A stretch of 64,000 nt of DNA from Nemertoderma westbladi (lineage: Eukaryota; Animalia; Xenacoelomorpha). Below are positions 22,153-35,597 of this stretch, in pieces. The position numbers and the translations under genes were made by a program. The notes beneath the pieces are model-generated. The model searched no databases. It was not told the origin of the DNA and was given only the letters and a program-made list of their open reading frames with translations. Location of the stretch: contig JAUCBJ010006867.1 in the NCBI GenBank assembly GCA_032718475.1, positions 42,487-106,486 on the forward strand, written 5' to 3'. Numbering within the stretch: position 1 is the first letter of the stretch; each line of letters begins with the position of its first letter.

Positions 22153-24813
22153 AGTGATTTCCTTAGTGTCCAGGTCTCAACCCCGTAAAAAGTGTAATCG
22201 ATTTTCACGCCTCCATAGGCAAACATATAAAAATACACTCCCTCAAGATTCTGATTTTAAAAATGCAATAACCACTACATAATTATTCCCTTCACCCCCT
22301 TTCTTACCACAATATCGCATCTCCATCCGTAACCAATTTCACGGCCTATTCCTACTGTATCCAGGCAACTTTCCACCCATTCACTCTCCTACAGTACCAA
22401 CCACAATATTGCTAGCTTCCCTGCAAGCTACTGCCGTCCAATAAGGGAGTGCCCTATACAAACACTCCCTTCCTTCTCTTATTGGAGCCCCACTATACAG
22501 ACATTCCCTTATTCTTATTGCATCAAACCCTCCCAGTCATTAACAAGGGAATAATTTGTAACTAATAAAACTAATAAAACGGTTATTGGTCAGTTTAACA
22601 AACCTATATTAATCATATTTTACATGTGTTCAATGTAAACCACTTCATAGGAAAGACAAATTAGGATTAGGTGATAATTAGGGTTCAACTTCATATTGAC
22701 CCCACACCGTGTTTAAAAGGGCTATTTAGATGGGAATAGTCACTCAGTAACAACCAGCCGTAGTAGATGGCAGCATCTGCAGCTAATCTACTTTGGTCCA
22801 TTGCCACCTAGCTACTCCTGGCGTCGTGGTGAGTGATGTTTGGGCTCGTAGGTAAGGCTCCCACTGAGGACTGAGCTTTGGCCAAACAGCCCCAGAGCGC
22901 CTGGCGCACTCTGCGCTGGGTCCGCTGGCTGCTTGGTTCGTCCCAGGACCAACCATTCAGTTTAGAGGGTAAAGTAGCAGTGTCCTCACAGGCTTTGACT
23001 ATGTAAGTTACGGTGGTGGTTATGCAATCTGTCCACTGGCTATACGGTTCGTCCCAGGCTCGCCAGGACCGTCTGTACAGTTTTGAGGGCGAAATAACAG
23101 CTAACCATTTGCTTCCAATCGGTCCCACCCCTGTTTGGACTCAGACGGTAACCTGGTCTTCTGCACTATCGCCAAGTTCCAATAGCGTGAAGCTGCACCA
23201 AGTTTATTACGACTTTTTTTTCTATACCCTTTTTCACGTTTTTCAAATATAGGCCTTACCTTTTTTGTATATTTTTTCAGAGTAATTTTAGCTTTACTTT
23301 TTTTTTTACTTTACAGTAGACCCTATCTTTACTTTTACGACTAACAATACTGTATTTTCTGTATATTTTCGATACAAGTTCTATTATTTTTGAGGCGACA
23401 CTTTGGACCCAAAACACCCCTCACCCGGTTTCTCTTTTTCCCTCTTCCCAGAGGTTTTTCTATGGTGTTACACACAGTACTATGCCATAAGGGAGCATTA
23501 GGCCTATACCTTCTTGGAAAGAACAGAAATCACTTTGTTTTTGCACTATCTATATGAAGGGTTGTGGGTGGATGTCCGTAAATAACAAAGTCATTGAAGA
23601 CCGACTTACTAGTGGGAAACATTTTCATGACAGTATTGATAGCCAGAAACAAAAGCAGTAAGGCGAAAGAAAAACTTTTTGGCGACCTTAGAGATACTAA
23701 CGCCGATTTAGGAGCTTATCGTGCCAGAAGCATGAAGTACCTCCCGTGATTCAGGTGATGATTCCCTTACGTAATTCAGGTACCCCCCCCCCCCCACAAT
23801 TTTTTTTTCTACAAATCTTACTGAGATAGCATGAAATTTTGAAACAAAGAGAAATTCACCACCACCCTTATTTATTTATTTTTTATTTTCGTTTTCAATC
23901 TCTAGTTATAAGCGATTGGCGATATCCGGTATTACTTAACCCTAATTCGTCTGGCAGTTCTTGGATGGTCACACTGCCGGGTGGGGGGGGGGGGGGGATA
24001 TTTCGGGGACAGATTTTTCAACTTCTAATAACTTTGTACTGGGTTCACAAAATTCAACCAAATTTGGTGTGCATATAATTACGCCATCTACGAACTGGTT
24101 TGAAAAAAATTTGAACTAAAAATTTAATTATTGGGTGCAGAAACAGCGCACCAAAAGTGATAGTCATCAAAAAATTTCAAGTTTCTTCATATTTATTTCC
24201 CCAATGAAATGTAAAGGGTTTTAAGGTTCTTTTCAAGGTTTTTAGCAAGTGATATGTGCAAATTATTGATTTCAACAAAAACAATTGGTGTTTATTAACC
24301 GGATTTTGGGTGCGAAAAGTGCAGGTAAGTTCAAAATTATATAATTATGATAATTCGCAACGCTGTAGGGTTATTTGGATTGCTTAATGTTATTCGAACA
24401 AAAATCCAATTGTTCAGGATTCCAAAAAGTTTATTTTTCGGTGAAATTTTGAAATGAAAAGTTCAAGTAAGTTCAAAAGTATTTTATTAGCTCAGACACT
24501 GAGTCTTTTATTATCTTTAGAGACTATTACACAATATGAAAAGTGCTGGCTACTTGTATTTTTCGTCCACTGACACCCATAAAAGTACCAATCACACTGT
24601 AGCAGTGTCTATATAAGTAGTTTATTTGAAATCAGCGCTTTCGAAAAACCCAAAAGTAAGGTGAAAGGTGGTACTGTATGAGTTTATACACTATTACAAA
24701 ATGTGAAAAGTGCTGGCTACTTGTATTGTTCGTCCCCTGACACCCAATTTAGAAAATTTTGGAAAATGCTGTTGTCTTTTGTATATAAAAAATGAATTCA
24801 GTGCATTCAAAAA

Positions 24814-25381
24814 TGTGAGCGGATTCAATTCCGCCTCACTATCCCCATAAAGTTGGGAAGTGGCACCTTTGTCATCAATATTGGGGATACGAGATTAATC
24901 ATAACTAATCTCGTATCACCCCCAATAACGGGGACAAAACACGGCCCCGAAGGCCACACACAAAAGAGGTTAGAGGTCAAGCTACCTCGAGAGGGAAAGT
25001 AACAGCAGCCGGGGGGAAGCACTCCCACAGAGGTGGGAGCCGAGAATTAGTATATCAACCAATGGGAGAGGAGAGCATCCACTGAACGAAGGCCAAGGTA
25101 GTGTAGCCATAATTAGACATATATATTATATCTCATTGCCGGTCAGTAGTTCAGTCATCTCAGTCATCCAGTGCAGATCGGTGACATTTCGTACCGTCAC
25201 CGTCATTACCGGTACAACATCTTATATTACAACAACTGTGCTATTATATTCAGTTTACTCATTTACTCATATCTGCATTAAGCTATAACAATATTAGACC
25301 AACAGCAACAAACTATCTTTTCCCAATTACACGGTGACGCGTAACCTAATCAACCGGTCGGGATCCCCTGATCCCGTCACA
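24814..25381 (+). repeat. 5' LTR of element B (568 bp)
   Basis: TGTGA...TCACA; matches 55157-55723; TA-rich box near 25119-25131 followed by TCAGT initiator-like motifs. Confidence 0.95.
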
Positions 25382-25390
25382 GTACGAAAT
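25382..25390 (+). other. Self-complementary PBS of element B
   Basis: GTACGAAAT directly after the LTR is the reverse complement of ATTTCGTAC at 25186-25194; no TGG. Confidence 0.65.
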
Positions 25391-25441
25391 ACCTGAAACT
25401 GCTAAACTGTAAATGCCAGCCACCACGATAAAAGTTAAAAG

Positions 25442-28400
25442 ATGAGCACAGAGCCCCGAGATCTAGAAGGAGAGAGGACACCGCCGCGGACCCTGGACGA
25501 TACCAACGAAACGATCCGTGAGGCCGCGACGCGACGGTATCGACCCGCGACGCCAGATTCGCCGGCGAGAGACGATCCAGCAGCCCAAGCGGAGGGTGGC
25601 CGTCTACTACAAGGGGAGGACGAGTTGACGCACGACGACGGTCGAAGTGCCAAAGTCGCCGGCCAGCCACAGGCCGAGGGCGACAGACGGCCCACCGGAA
25701 CGGCGACAGTGGGGCCGCCAGTACAACGCCGAACCAGGAGAGGAAGAGGAGATGTTGGTGACGAGGACGTCGGAACCAGCTCGACGGTTTGGCTGTGGAG
25801 GGCTTCGACGGGCCTACAACGCCACAAAGAAACAGCTCAAGGAGGCCAGAGAGTTAGCAAAGGTAGACCAGGGGAAGTTGAGCCAGTGACTAGGTGAGTC
25901 GAATAAACATTTCAGATACCTAGTTCGTTTCGGGCAGGGAGAACTAGCCAGTAAGAGAGCGAGGGGGGTCGCCACCGAACTATTTGAACTGTGGTGGTCC
26001 GGGATTATGGAGCCCCAAGTAGTGTACGTAGGGCCGTATTTAGTGGATGCTAGGGGAATTAAGTTAGTGGGTTGGGCATACCCGCACGAGGGCGAATCCG
26101 AGGTTAACCCCGAGGATTCGGTCTCGTCGGTTAGCGAGAACCCCAGAAAGCGGGGGAAAGTTAGTAGGACATAGACGCGACGGGAGTCCGTCGCGACTGA
26201 GTCCGTCCGCTACATCCTCCGCAAAAGCAAGACGGGTATTAGAAATAGATCTGGCGTGTCAATTAGACATGGTGGCGCTAGACCAGAAATAATTAGAGAG
26301 GCAGTTGGATGAGGGAACTGCGTTGTTGGAGAGAGAGAGAGAGCTGGCGAGAGAGAATAGGGAGAGGGCTGAGAGGGTCGCGAGAAACTTTAGAGAGTGT
26401 GAGGAGATAGAAATAAGGGAAGGAAAGGAGCGAGAGGCGAAAGAGGCGAGCGAACGTAAAGAGCATGAGGCGGCGAGAGAGGCGAAAGAGGCGAGCGAAT
26501 GTAAAGAGCGTGAGGCGAGAGAGGCGAGTAAGCGTAAAGAGCGTGAGGCGAGAGGGGCGAACAAGCGTAAAGAGCGTGAGGCAAGGCGGCTTGAGAGGAT
26601 TGCGAGAGAGGCGGAGTTGGCCGAGCAGAGTTTGCGAGAGGATAGGGAGAGAGAGAGAATGGGAAAGCGTGTGCGGGATGAAATCCACGCCCGGTTGAGG
26701 GGGCTTATGCAATATCAGGCCAAACAGAAGCGCCAATTAGAACTGGTGCAGTTGGGGCTATCAGAGGGTGAGGCTGGCTTGGGTAGTGTTTACGAGGAGC
26801 CAGAAGTTATGGAAACATTTGTTAATACCCCACTTACAGGGACCGGATGACAGACCCACGACTGGTGTAACCGTACGGGCAGGGGGTAATAACAATACAT
26901 TAGAAGACGTTAATATTAATAGTACCGTAGTAGACAACCCTAATCAAACTTTCATTGCAGGAAATAATATTTTGCCCGATAATAATAATTTAAATCCGAA
27001 CGATCATAATTTAAATAATAATCCAAATAATTCAAATAATCTAGATTTAAATACGCAAAATAATCTAAATAATAATTTTAATTCAAACGAGCAAAATAAT
27101 CCCGATTCTAATTCAAATATACAGAATGATTTAAATAATAACCCGAATTCAGCACAGAATAATTATAATAATTTAAATAATTTAGAAAATAATATTGATA
27201 CTGGTGCTATTAATATAAACGCGGCAGATATAGGTGGCCCGGCCAACGAGAGCCTGCCAGGCCACATAATCAGTACGCATGGGGTAAGCCTGGTAGGCCA
27301 CGTAGTTAACACGCAGGGAGTAGCGAGGGTGAGTCAACCCGACGGGAGCCTGCCAGGCCACGCAGTGATAGAGGGAGAGGCGGGGGTAAATAGACCCAGC
27401 CGCAGTAGAGATAGTGCGTCGACTAGACTAGAGGGGGGCGTAGAAGTGAAGCAAGAGATAGTGAAGCGATAGGTGGCGAGTGGGGGGGGGGGGGGGCTAT
27501 AGGAGCCCCACAACGAGAGATTAGCGGCGAGAGGGGGGGGGGGGGGGCAGAGAGTCTCCCACAGGCGTCGGCGGATAATGTGCGGGGCGAATTAGGTGAA
27601 CCGCAGCCGCAGCACCCGGCGATGGAGAATAGTAGGGAGATTACGAATATCCCCAGCGGCGTGCGACCGGGTAGAGAGAGAGAGGTTGACTTCGCCAGAG
27701 GGCGAGCGACGAGACGTCGAGCCCAGTCAGAAGAGGGAAGAAGAACAGTGGAGTTTAACCGGGAGGTCGACGAGAGATCTCACGAGCGGGGACGCTACAC
27801 TGCAGAGAGAAGAAGAGAAGAGAGTAGAAGAAGTGTCGTTGCGAGCGACAGGAGAGCGAGGGTGGATAGCGAACCATCAGTAGTAGAGATGGAGTTGGAG
27901 AGTCGGTGGGGTCGAACTCCGGGAGATTGCCGTTGTCCCGGAGAGACGCGACTTGGTGAGGTGTACTATACGCCGAGAGAGGGGTACAGGGTGTACTGGT
28001 ACGAGGACGAGAATAGGAGAGGGGATTGAAGAGAAACCTCCCGACAGGATGTAACTGCCGATCGAAGGTACGGTAGCCGCGGGGAGGACTTCTTGGATTA
28101 TACGAGAAGGTTAAACTTCGGTCCGGAGGGACACATACAGACTGCAGGACATACTGTAGGCCTTACTGCACATACTATAGGCCATGCTGGGAGAGATAGT
28201 GTAGGCGATAGGGTAGCGCAGACGACGGGATTAAACCTGGAAGTTGCAGAGTACATACCGGTAGGTAGGCCAGAAGTGGATAGGCCTATACCGGTACCAG
28301 CACAGCAGTATGACTATAGCATGCAGGGACATAACATATATCCAGGGGAAGGGAGAGTTATTGCGGATAGGTGTATGGGCCCCAATATATTAACATCAAC

Positions 28401-31400
28401 CCCAGTACCAAACATACCACCGGTGGGGGGGGGGTGGGCAGGGTGACATTCCCCCATTACAATATCAACAATATACTCAAATAAACATATATAAATATAA
28501 TATAAATAAATAAATATATAAATAAATATATATAAATAAAATAAATAAGAACATCGAACCCCCTGGATGAAAACAGATCTTGCGACACGGAAATATACAT
28601 ATATATAAACGCGAAAAGCAACAGACAGGACGGGTGGACTGCACCCAACGGTAGAATCTGTACAGCATCCTTCGAACCCATTGGAAGCACAGGCGATGGG
28701 AATGGCTACATTAATCGATGCACTTAAGACCTGAATCGAGCTACCACCCGTAGAGCCATTTAAATTCGACGGAAGTAGGCCGGAAGAATACCTGCAATTT
28801 CAGCGCATGTACAGCAACGAGATATTGACCAAGAACCTGACGCAGGCGGAGTGCCTAAAATATCTACAGGTATATACAGGAGGCCCAGCGTACGACATCG
28901 TGAGGCAGTATCAGGGCATCGAGGGTGGCTTCACGACTGCATGGCGGGCCCTAGACAGGGAGTACGGGCACCCGGCCAAGATCATCCGGCAAACCCTGAG
29001 GGGTATAACATCGGGTGGCCTACAGGATAACCCCATATTCGCATAAAGACGTTTGCAAACAAAGTCGAGAAGGCGTTAATCATGCTGAACACATTAGACG
29101 CGCCATACGAACTCAACGCATCTAATAACATCACCACGATAGCGCAGGCACTACCGATCTGGCTGCGCAATAAGTAGAGAAAAATCGCTTTCTCCACCCG
29201 GGAGAAGAAGGGTGCGGAACCGGGCCTAGAAGAAATCTTCCTCAACTACGAAGCCGAATTGATCACGGACCCAGTCTACAGCGAGGATAGTCTGGGGAAG
29301 GCGCCGAGGGCCGAATACAACAGGCCGAAACCAGAGCATAACGCGGCAAATGCGTTGCCAAAATTAAGACAATCCCTACCAAACGCGGCGACACAGGGGA
29401 CTGCAAGTCCACAGATAGCTGGAAGTGGGGCCAGACTGTGGAACGAACAGGGACAAAATAACAACATGAACAAATATATCCCCAACACACCCAGTAGGCC
29501 AAATAACCAAAACACTAAGCCGGTAGACGTAAACCTACGCGCAATACGTATAGGGTTATATAGGGAACACTACAACCCAGAATATAAATGTCAATTACAT
29601 AAAGACAGAACCCATAAGACCATGGACTGTAAGCATTGGCAGGCGTTACCCGAACAGGATCGGAAAGCCTATGCGGATAAGAATGGAATTTGTCACCGAT
29701 GTGTGATAGGGGGACACAAGGTTGAGGAGTGTAAAGAAACACCAATTAAGTTTGGTCAAGGCAAAGGGCAGACAATGGCGACAAGCACTGTAGGGGCGAA
29801 GAAGAGAGGAACGGTGCTACTCGGGGTAGTACCAGTGAGGGTGATCGGAGAAGGCGGTCGATCGGTAACCACGCTGATGCTGGTCGACAGCGGAGCAGCC
29901 TTCACATTGGTCGAGAATTGGGTGGCCGAAGAGATAGGACTAAAGACGAGGCCAAGTAGGATGGCGGTAACAACAATCTCCAGCAAAGATGAGGTCCTGG
30001 AGATGAGGACCGGACGGTGCGGGATAGCACCGGGATGCGATTATGGGGCGACCATCGACCCAATCCAGGTGATAGAATCGATAAATATCAACGCCAGGCG
30101 ACCAACCAACATCGAGGTCGAACAATATAGATTCCTGGACAATATCGATTTCTCAATACCAGAGGTGGACGTTAGGAAGGTATCCATTATAGTGGGAATG
30201 GATTGCCCGACGGCCCACGAGAGAATGCAGACGGTCTTCGGCGAAGACAGACAGCGTGACCCGATGGCAATTTTAACACCATTCGGGTGGACGCTAAGCG
30301 GCCCAATTAGAACCAAGATTCCGTTTAAGATGTTGGAAACATCAGGGTGCATGTTTGCGGGAACTATGAGGGAGATGGAAGATGAAGGAGCGGAGGAGCA
30401 GCTTAGGAGACTGCTGAGACAGGACTTTGAGGGACTAAAGGAGACCGGGGTCGGAACCTCGGTAGAGGATAAACAAGCAGTAGAAAGTGTGAAGGAGTCA
30501 ATGAGATGTGAGGAGGGACGGTACACCATAGGCATGGTGTGGAAACAGCCGAAGCTACCGTTGCCTGACAACAAGAAGATGGTACTCACGAGGCTTCGCA
30601 AACTGAAGCAAACGCTGAAACGGAGCCCCGAAAAGGGTGAGTACATCCATAAGACGATAAGGAAGTACGTCGAGAAAGGATGGGCCGTGGAGTTGCCGGT
30701 CGACGAACCGAACATGGACAGGACCTACTACCTGCCACTTCATGTGGCTCTAGATCCAAAGAAAGATAAATTGCGGATGGTAGTTGACGCATCGGCTAAA
30801 ACCAACGGCAAGTGCCTAAACAACTATCTGCTGGAGGGCCCTAATATCTATAACTCGGGAATCGAGGTCCTACTGAGATTTAGAAATGGGAGACACGCCT
30901 TCACCTGCGACATTGAAGGCATGTTCAACCAAGTCCGTGTGACGGAGGAGGATAGTGACAGCCAGCGCTTCCTATGGTACAACGGCAACGAGGAACCGTC
31001 GATAATACCGATGTACAAGATGGTGGTACAGAATATGGGGGCCAAGTCGTCCTCATTACGATGACTGTGGCTGTAAGGGATACAGTAGAGGGGAAAGAGG
31101 AGAAGTATAGCGCCAAAGGCGTCGATATGATTCGACGCGGCTTCTATGTGGACGACGGAATGGAATCTGGAAATACGGTTAAAGAACTACTGGATACAGG
31201 GCGCGAGGTTCGCGACATCCTGAAGGGATCCGGGTTTAACCTGACCAAGTTCCAATCCAGCTCAGAAGAGTTTATGAAAGCCATAGAGGACAGACGGCCA
31301 GAGTCGACCATGGATAACCCCACAACAGCCAAGGGACAGGACATGGCGAACAAAAGAGTAGAGTCCCAGCAGAAGGCACTAGGGATCATGTGGAATCGAG

Positions 31401-33369
31401 AGATAGACGAGTTCAAGTATCAGCTGAGTCAGGAGGGCACGGACATCCATACAAAGAGGGGCTATGTATCGTACATAGCAAGGATATATGATCCCCTAGG
31501 CCTAGCATCCCCACTATTAGTTACGGGGAAACAGATACTTAAGAAAGTATATAAGTTAAAGGACGAGTGGGATACAGAGGTCCCGGAAGAAATCAGCAAG
31601 CAGTGGAGTAAGTGAACGGGGAGTTTAGAAAAGATGGGGACGTACAGCATGTCACGCATGTATTTCCCGGATGGGGACATGACGGATCTGGATCTATACA
31701 TGTTCTCCGATGCATCATTGGAAGCATACGGAGCGGCACTCTATCTAGTACAACAAAAGGGGGCTCATAAGCCCAAACTTGCATTCAGCAAAGCAAAGTC
31801 AATGCCGCCAGATTCAGCATCAGTCCCGAAACTTGAGTTGACAGCTGCAAGACTAGGAGTAAGGGCCACAGCCTACTTGATGGACACTATTCCCAACATA
31901 GTGGAAACACACTACTGGACGGACTCCATGGTAGTGCTAGGGTGGCTGCACAATGAGAAGATGAGATACCCTATATTCGTCGCAAATAGGGTGGACGAAA
32001 TAAGGGCGACGACAGAGTTGGAGAGGTGGCACTACTGCCCAACAGACGAGAACCCAGCGGACTTGTTATCGAGGGGTGTGGTACGCCACACTTTCTTAAA
32101 GAAGGAAGTATTGTGGCAGCACGGGCCACAGTTCCTGAATGATAGGACGGCCTGGCCACCAATGAAGAAGGTGGACCCGGGCTCAGAGGAAGTAACACTA
32201 GAGGAAGAGGGAGGAGACTCAGAAGGTGAAGAGATATATAGTCAGATGGCGAGGGAAATCAGGGAGGTGCAACCAAAGTCAGAAGAACCATGCGATAACC
32301 TGATGGATAAACTCCTCAGCTACAGTTCAAGTTGGTACAAGACCAAGAAGTTGGTGGCGTACTGGAGAGCCTTCGGGGATTTCCTCAAGTGAATTGGCAA
32401 GGACGCCAAGAGGAAACCAAACATCGATCTGGAGGGAGCGGCCAAGGCCGTGATTCGGTACGAACAGAAAAGGTACTATGGCGACGAAATGGAGCGCGTC
32501 AGTAAACAACAACATCTTCGTCAGGACAGCGAGCTCATCACACTGTAGCCACAACTCAATGACGATGGGATCCTAGTAATGAACTCCAGAGTGCTAAATA
32601 CCAACAGCCTCATCATCCCACCGAAACCCATTATCATCCCAAATAGATCGCCGATAGTCCACCAGATCATTTGGGACTCCCACAAGTCGATATTGCACGG
32701 GGCACCAACCAGACCCTCACGGAGATATGGAGAACCTTCTGGATCACACAGCTAAGAAAGAAAGTGAAGGCGGTAATGGGGCAGTGCCAGACCTGCCGAC
32801 GGACGAGGAAAGAGCGGGCCGTACAGGAGATGGCGCCATTACCGGCCAGTAGGGTGAGACAGCATGATCCGCCATTCACGCACTGCGGTGTAGATATGTT
32901 CGGGCCGATAAAGATCAGGGTGATGCGGCACACGGAGAAGCGCTACGGCATCATCTTCGTATGTAACAACACGCGGGCGTTAGGAATAGAACTTGCCCAA
33001 GACGCAACCGCATCGGCATTTATCAATGCCCTAGAGAGATTCAGAGACCGCAAAGGTGGGACGATCGCAGTGATCTACTCCGACAATGGAACCAACTTTG
33101 TGGGGGTGGAGAACGAGCTGACAGAGGCCTTAGACATCCTGGAAGGAGAGGAAGTCAGGGCAGCCATGAGGAGACGACAGGTGAAGTGGGAAAGGAGGAC
33201 GCCGTATGCTCCGCATACTTTAGGATGCGTCGAGAGACTCGTGGGTAGTTCCAAGCGTCTGATGACGAAGTTGATGAACACCCACATGGTGACAGAAGAT
33301 GTGCTAAGGACGGTGCTAGCTAAGTGCGAGGGTATCATTAATAGCAGACCGCTATACCCAGAAAATGAC
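25442..33369 (+). pseudogene. gag-pol of element B, with many stops and frameshifts, interrupted in integrase by element C
   Basis: Fragments: coiled coil (26305-26850), Asn-rich tract, Gag core (PFKFDG at about 28755), knuckles, protease LVDSGA, YYLPLH, FYVDD, MFSDAS, YCPTDENPAD, GVDMFGP, SDNGTNFVG, GCVERL, INSRPL. Confidence 0.92.
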
Positions 33370-35585
33370 TGTTTTGATTATTGAGAGGCAGCAAATTTAA
33401 CTGTTGCCAGGGTATCAGAAATAAATTTTGCGATAATAATATTTGGCGAATTTTATTTAATATTTACTGCATCCAAACATATCAATTTGTAGAACGGCTG
33501 CTTATTGCATCAGCCGGAATAATATTCGTTTCCTAATATTTTGTAATATGGTTATACTGAGTTAGCCACATACTCAGCTTTCCGAAATATCTGTTTATTA
33601 AGTTTTATACCAAATAACTTCGACATTTAATTCATCATGAAAAGTTTGTAGCTCTAGCCGTTTTGGCATGACTATTACAGATTCACTCTGTAGTCTATGA
33701 AATTAACATCGCACTAAATGTCAGACCACCAAGGGATTTTATTTACCGCCTTTGATTTACTTAAAATGCTTGTGGCAGAATCTAACACACGTCCTATGTA
33801 GAATGATTTATTTGTGTTTCTATTAGGATTGACAGATTACTTCGATTTTCAAGACTTTTGCGGATAAAATTAATAATGTATTTCAATGGGGCTGTTCTGT
33901 TATTTATTGTTAATTATTAAATTTTTAATTATATAATCTCTCTTTATGTGATAAGTTAGAATTATGCGTTAGGACCATATTTTCAAAATTATATTAGTGA
34001 ATAATTTAAATTAACTAACTATTTATGATGTACTACACTAAAATATTCATACGCGGTAATCTCATTGACCAATGGCTCATCGCCTGTTAACTATTTGTAT
34101 CGATTGCTCCATAATTATTTTGCCTTCCTTCAACTTCACAATTTGCAAACGGATGAGCCATACATTTAAAACTAAATTATTATAAATTTATCATAATGTA
34201 AATATAATACATTTGGCGTCCTTTGATGGGTCGCAATTATTAGTATATTTAATTTTATCTTTCAACACCATCATATATCTTCCTCGATGTGCTTTTAATT
34301 CAACGGGTGGGCTCTCAACCGATCATCCATGACGTAGTTAGGAAAATCTTCTCCTCTCGATGAAGGGTGCCAAGCCACGGTGACAGGTATGCGGGGAAGC
34401 AGTGTGTGACGTCAAACCGTTACTTGAGCACAGTGCGGCACGTAGCGTTACATTACTGGGGTTATTATATAGCAGGGCGTATGGGTGTCATATGTATGTA
34501 TGGGGTTGTTTAAGGTAAATTAGTCCGTGATTGTGTTAGTTGTATATGTCGGTAAGTGTTGGTTAATCCGTCTGTTTAGTTTTTTAAATTTTATTTAATC
34601 TTTATAAATCTAAGTCTGCCTTTGTTGTATCAACACATCCCTTTCTTTCCTCTCATATTTTATATCCCAGATTCCACATCCCTTTCTTTCCTCTCATATT
34701 TTATATCCCAGATTCCACATCCCTTTCTTTCCGCTCATATTTTATATCCCAGATTCTACATCCCCCTTTTTCTTCTCACATCCCACATCCTATCTTCTTA
34801 TCTTATTCTACTGTCGGGTTGTGACATGGTTTTTGTTTGTCTGTTGTGCAAGTGTAAAAATTAGATGGACACCTATTAGTGTTCTTTACACTAAGTTCAC
34901 GGCACCTAGTTAGGACCATTAGTTTCACAACTTCAGAATAATTTGTGTTATTTAGATTGCAGTTTTATTAGGGGATTTAGACGGGAAGGATTCTATTTGA
35001 CGCTAAGGGCCGGGAACTCGGTAAGTGCTTGAACCTTTCTACCTGTTGACTGCTTTCATATGACCACTTGACCTCGACTTATCACTACAGTACTTGTCTC
35101 TCCCATATGCGTGTGACTTGAGTTACATTTTAACAGTTTATAACTGCTCTATAACATCGGCTCAGATTTATATTTAAAGACTTTTACTTTTACTTGGACA
35201 ACAGATCGGGTTTTCTTGCGTGTGTGTGTCCGTAGTCCGTGAATTCTTCCTGCTATAATAGCGGTACTATTCAGCCATTATTTGTCACCACTCTCTCTCT
35301 TTTGGCTAAATTATTAAGTTGCGTAATTTTCGCTTGTCAGAATTATTATTGTAAATGCACATTGCGTCCGCGCGACTGGCAATCGCGCCTTTCGTCCTAT
35401 TGGTTTATTAGGGAGCTATTTGATCGCATTAGTTTGTCGTTTATACATATGTGCCCTTCGGGGGGTTTATTGCAAATTGTTAGGCAAGAACCCTGATAGC
35501 AAAATCGGCACATGTTTGGATGTATTACGAAACAACATCGATCGATGATGTATTACACATTGATACAGCATGGATACATTTCACA
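33370..35585 (+). repeat. 5' LTR of element C (2216 bp)
   Basis: TGTTTT...TTCACA; matches 45699-53166 once the two insertions and one extra repeat unit are removed. Confidence 0.95.
34634..34770. repeat. 41-bp tandem repeat inside LTR C (3 copies; 4 copies in the 3' LTR at about 52174-52350)
   Basis: Unit CACATCCCTTTCTTTCCTCTCATATTTTATATCCCAGATTC. Confidence 0.92.
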
Positions 35586-35597
35586 TTGATACAACAA
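35586..35597 (+). other. Self-complementary PBS of element C
   Basis: TTGATACAACAA directly after the LTR is the reverse complement of TTGTTGTATCAA at 34622-34633; no TGG. Confidence 0.72.
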
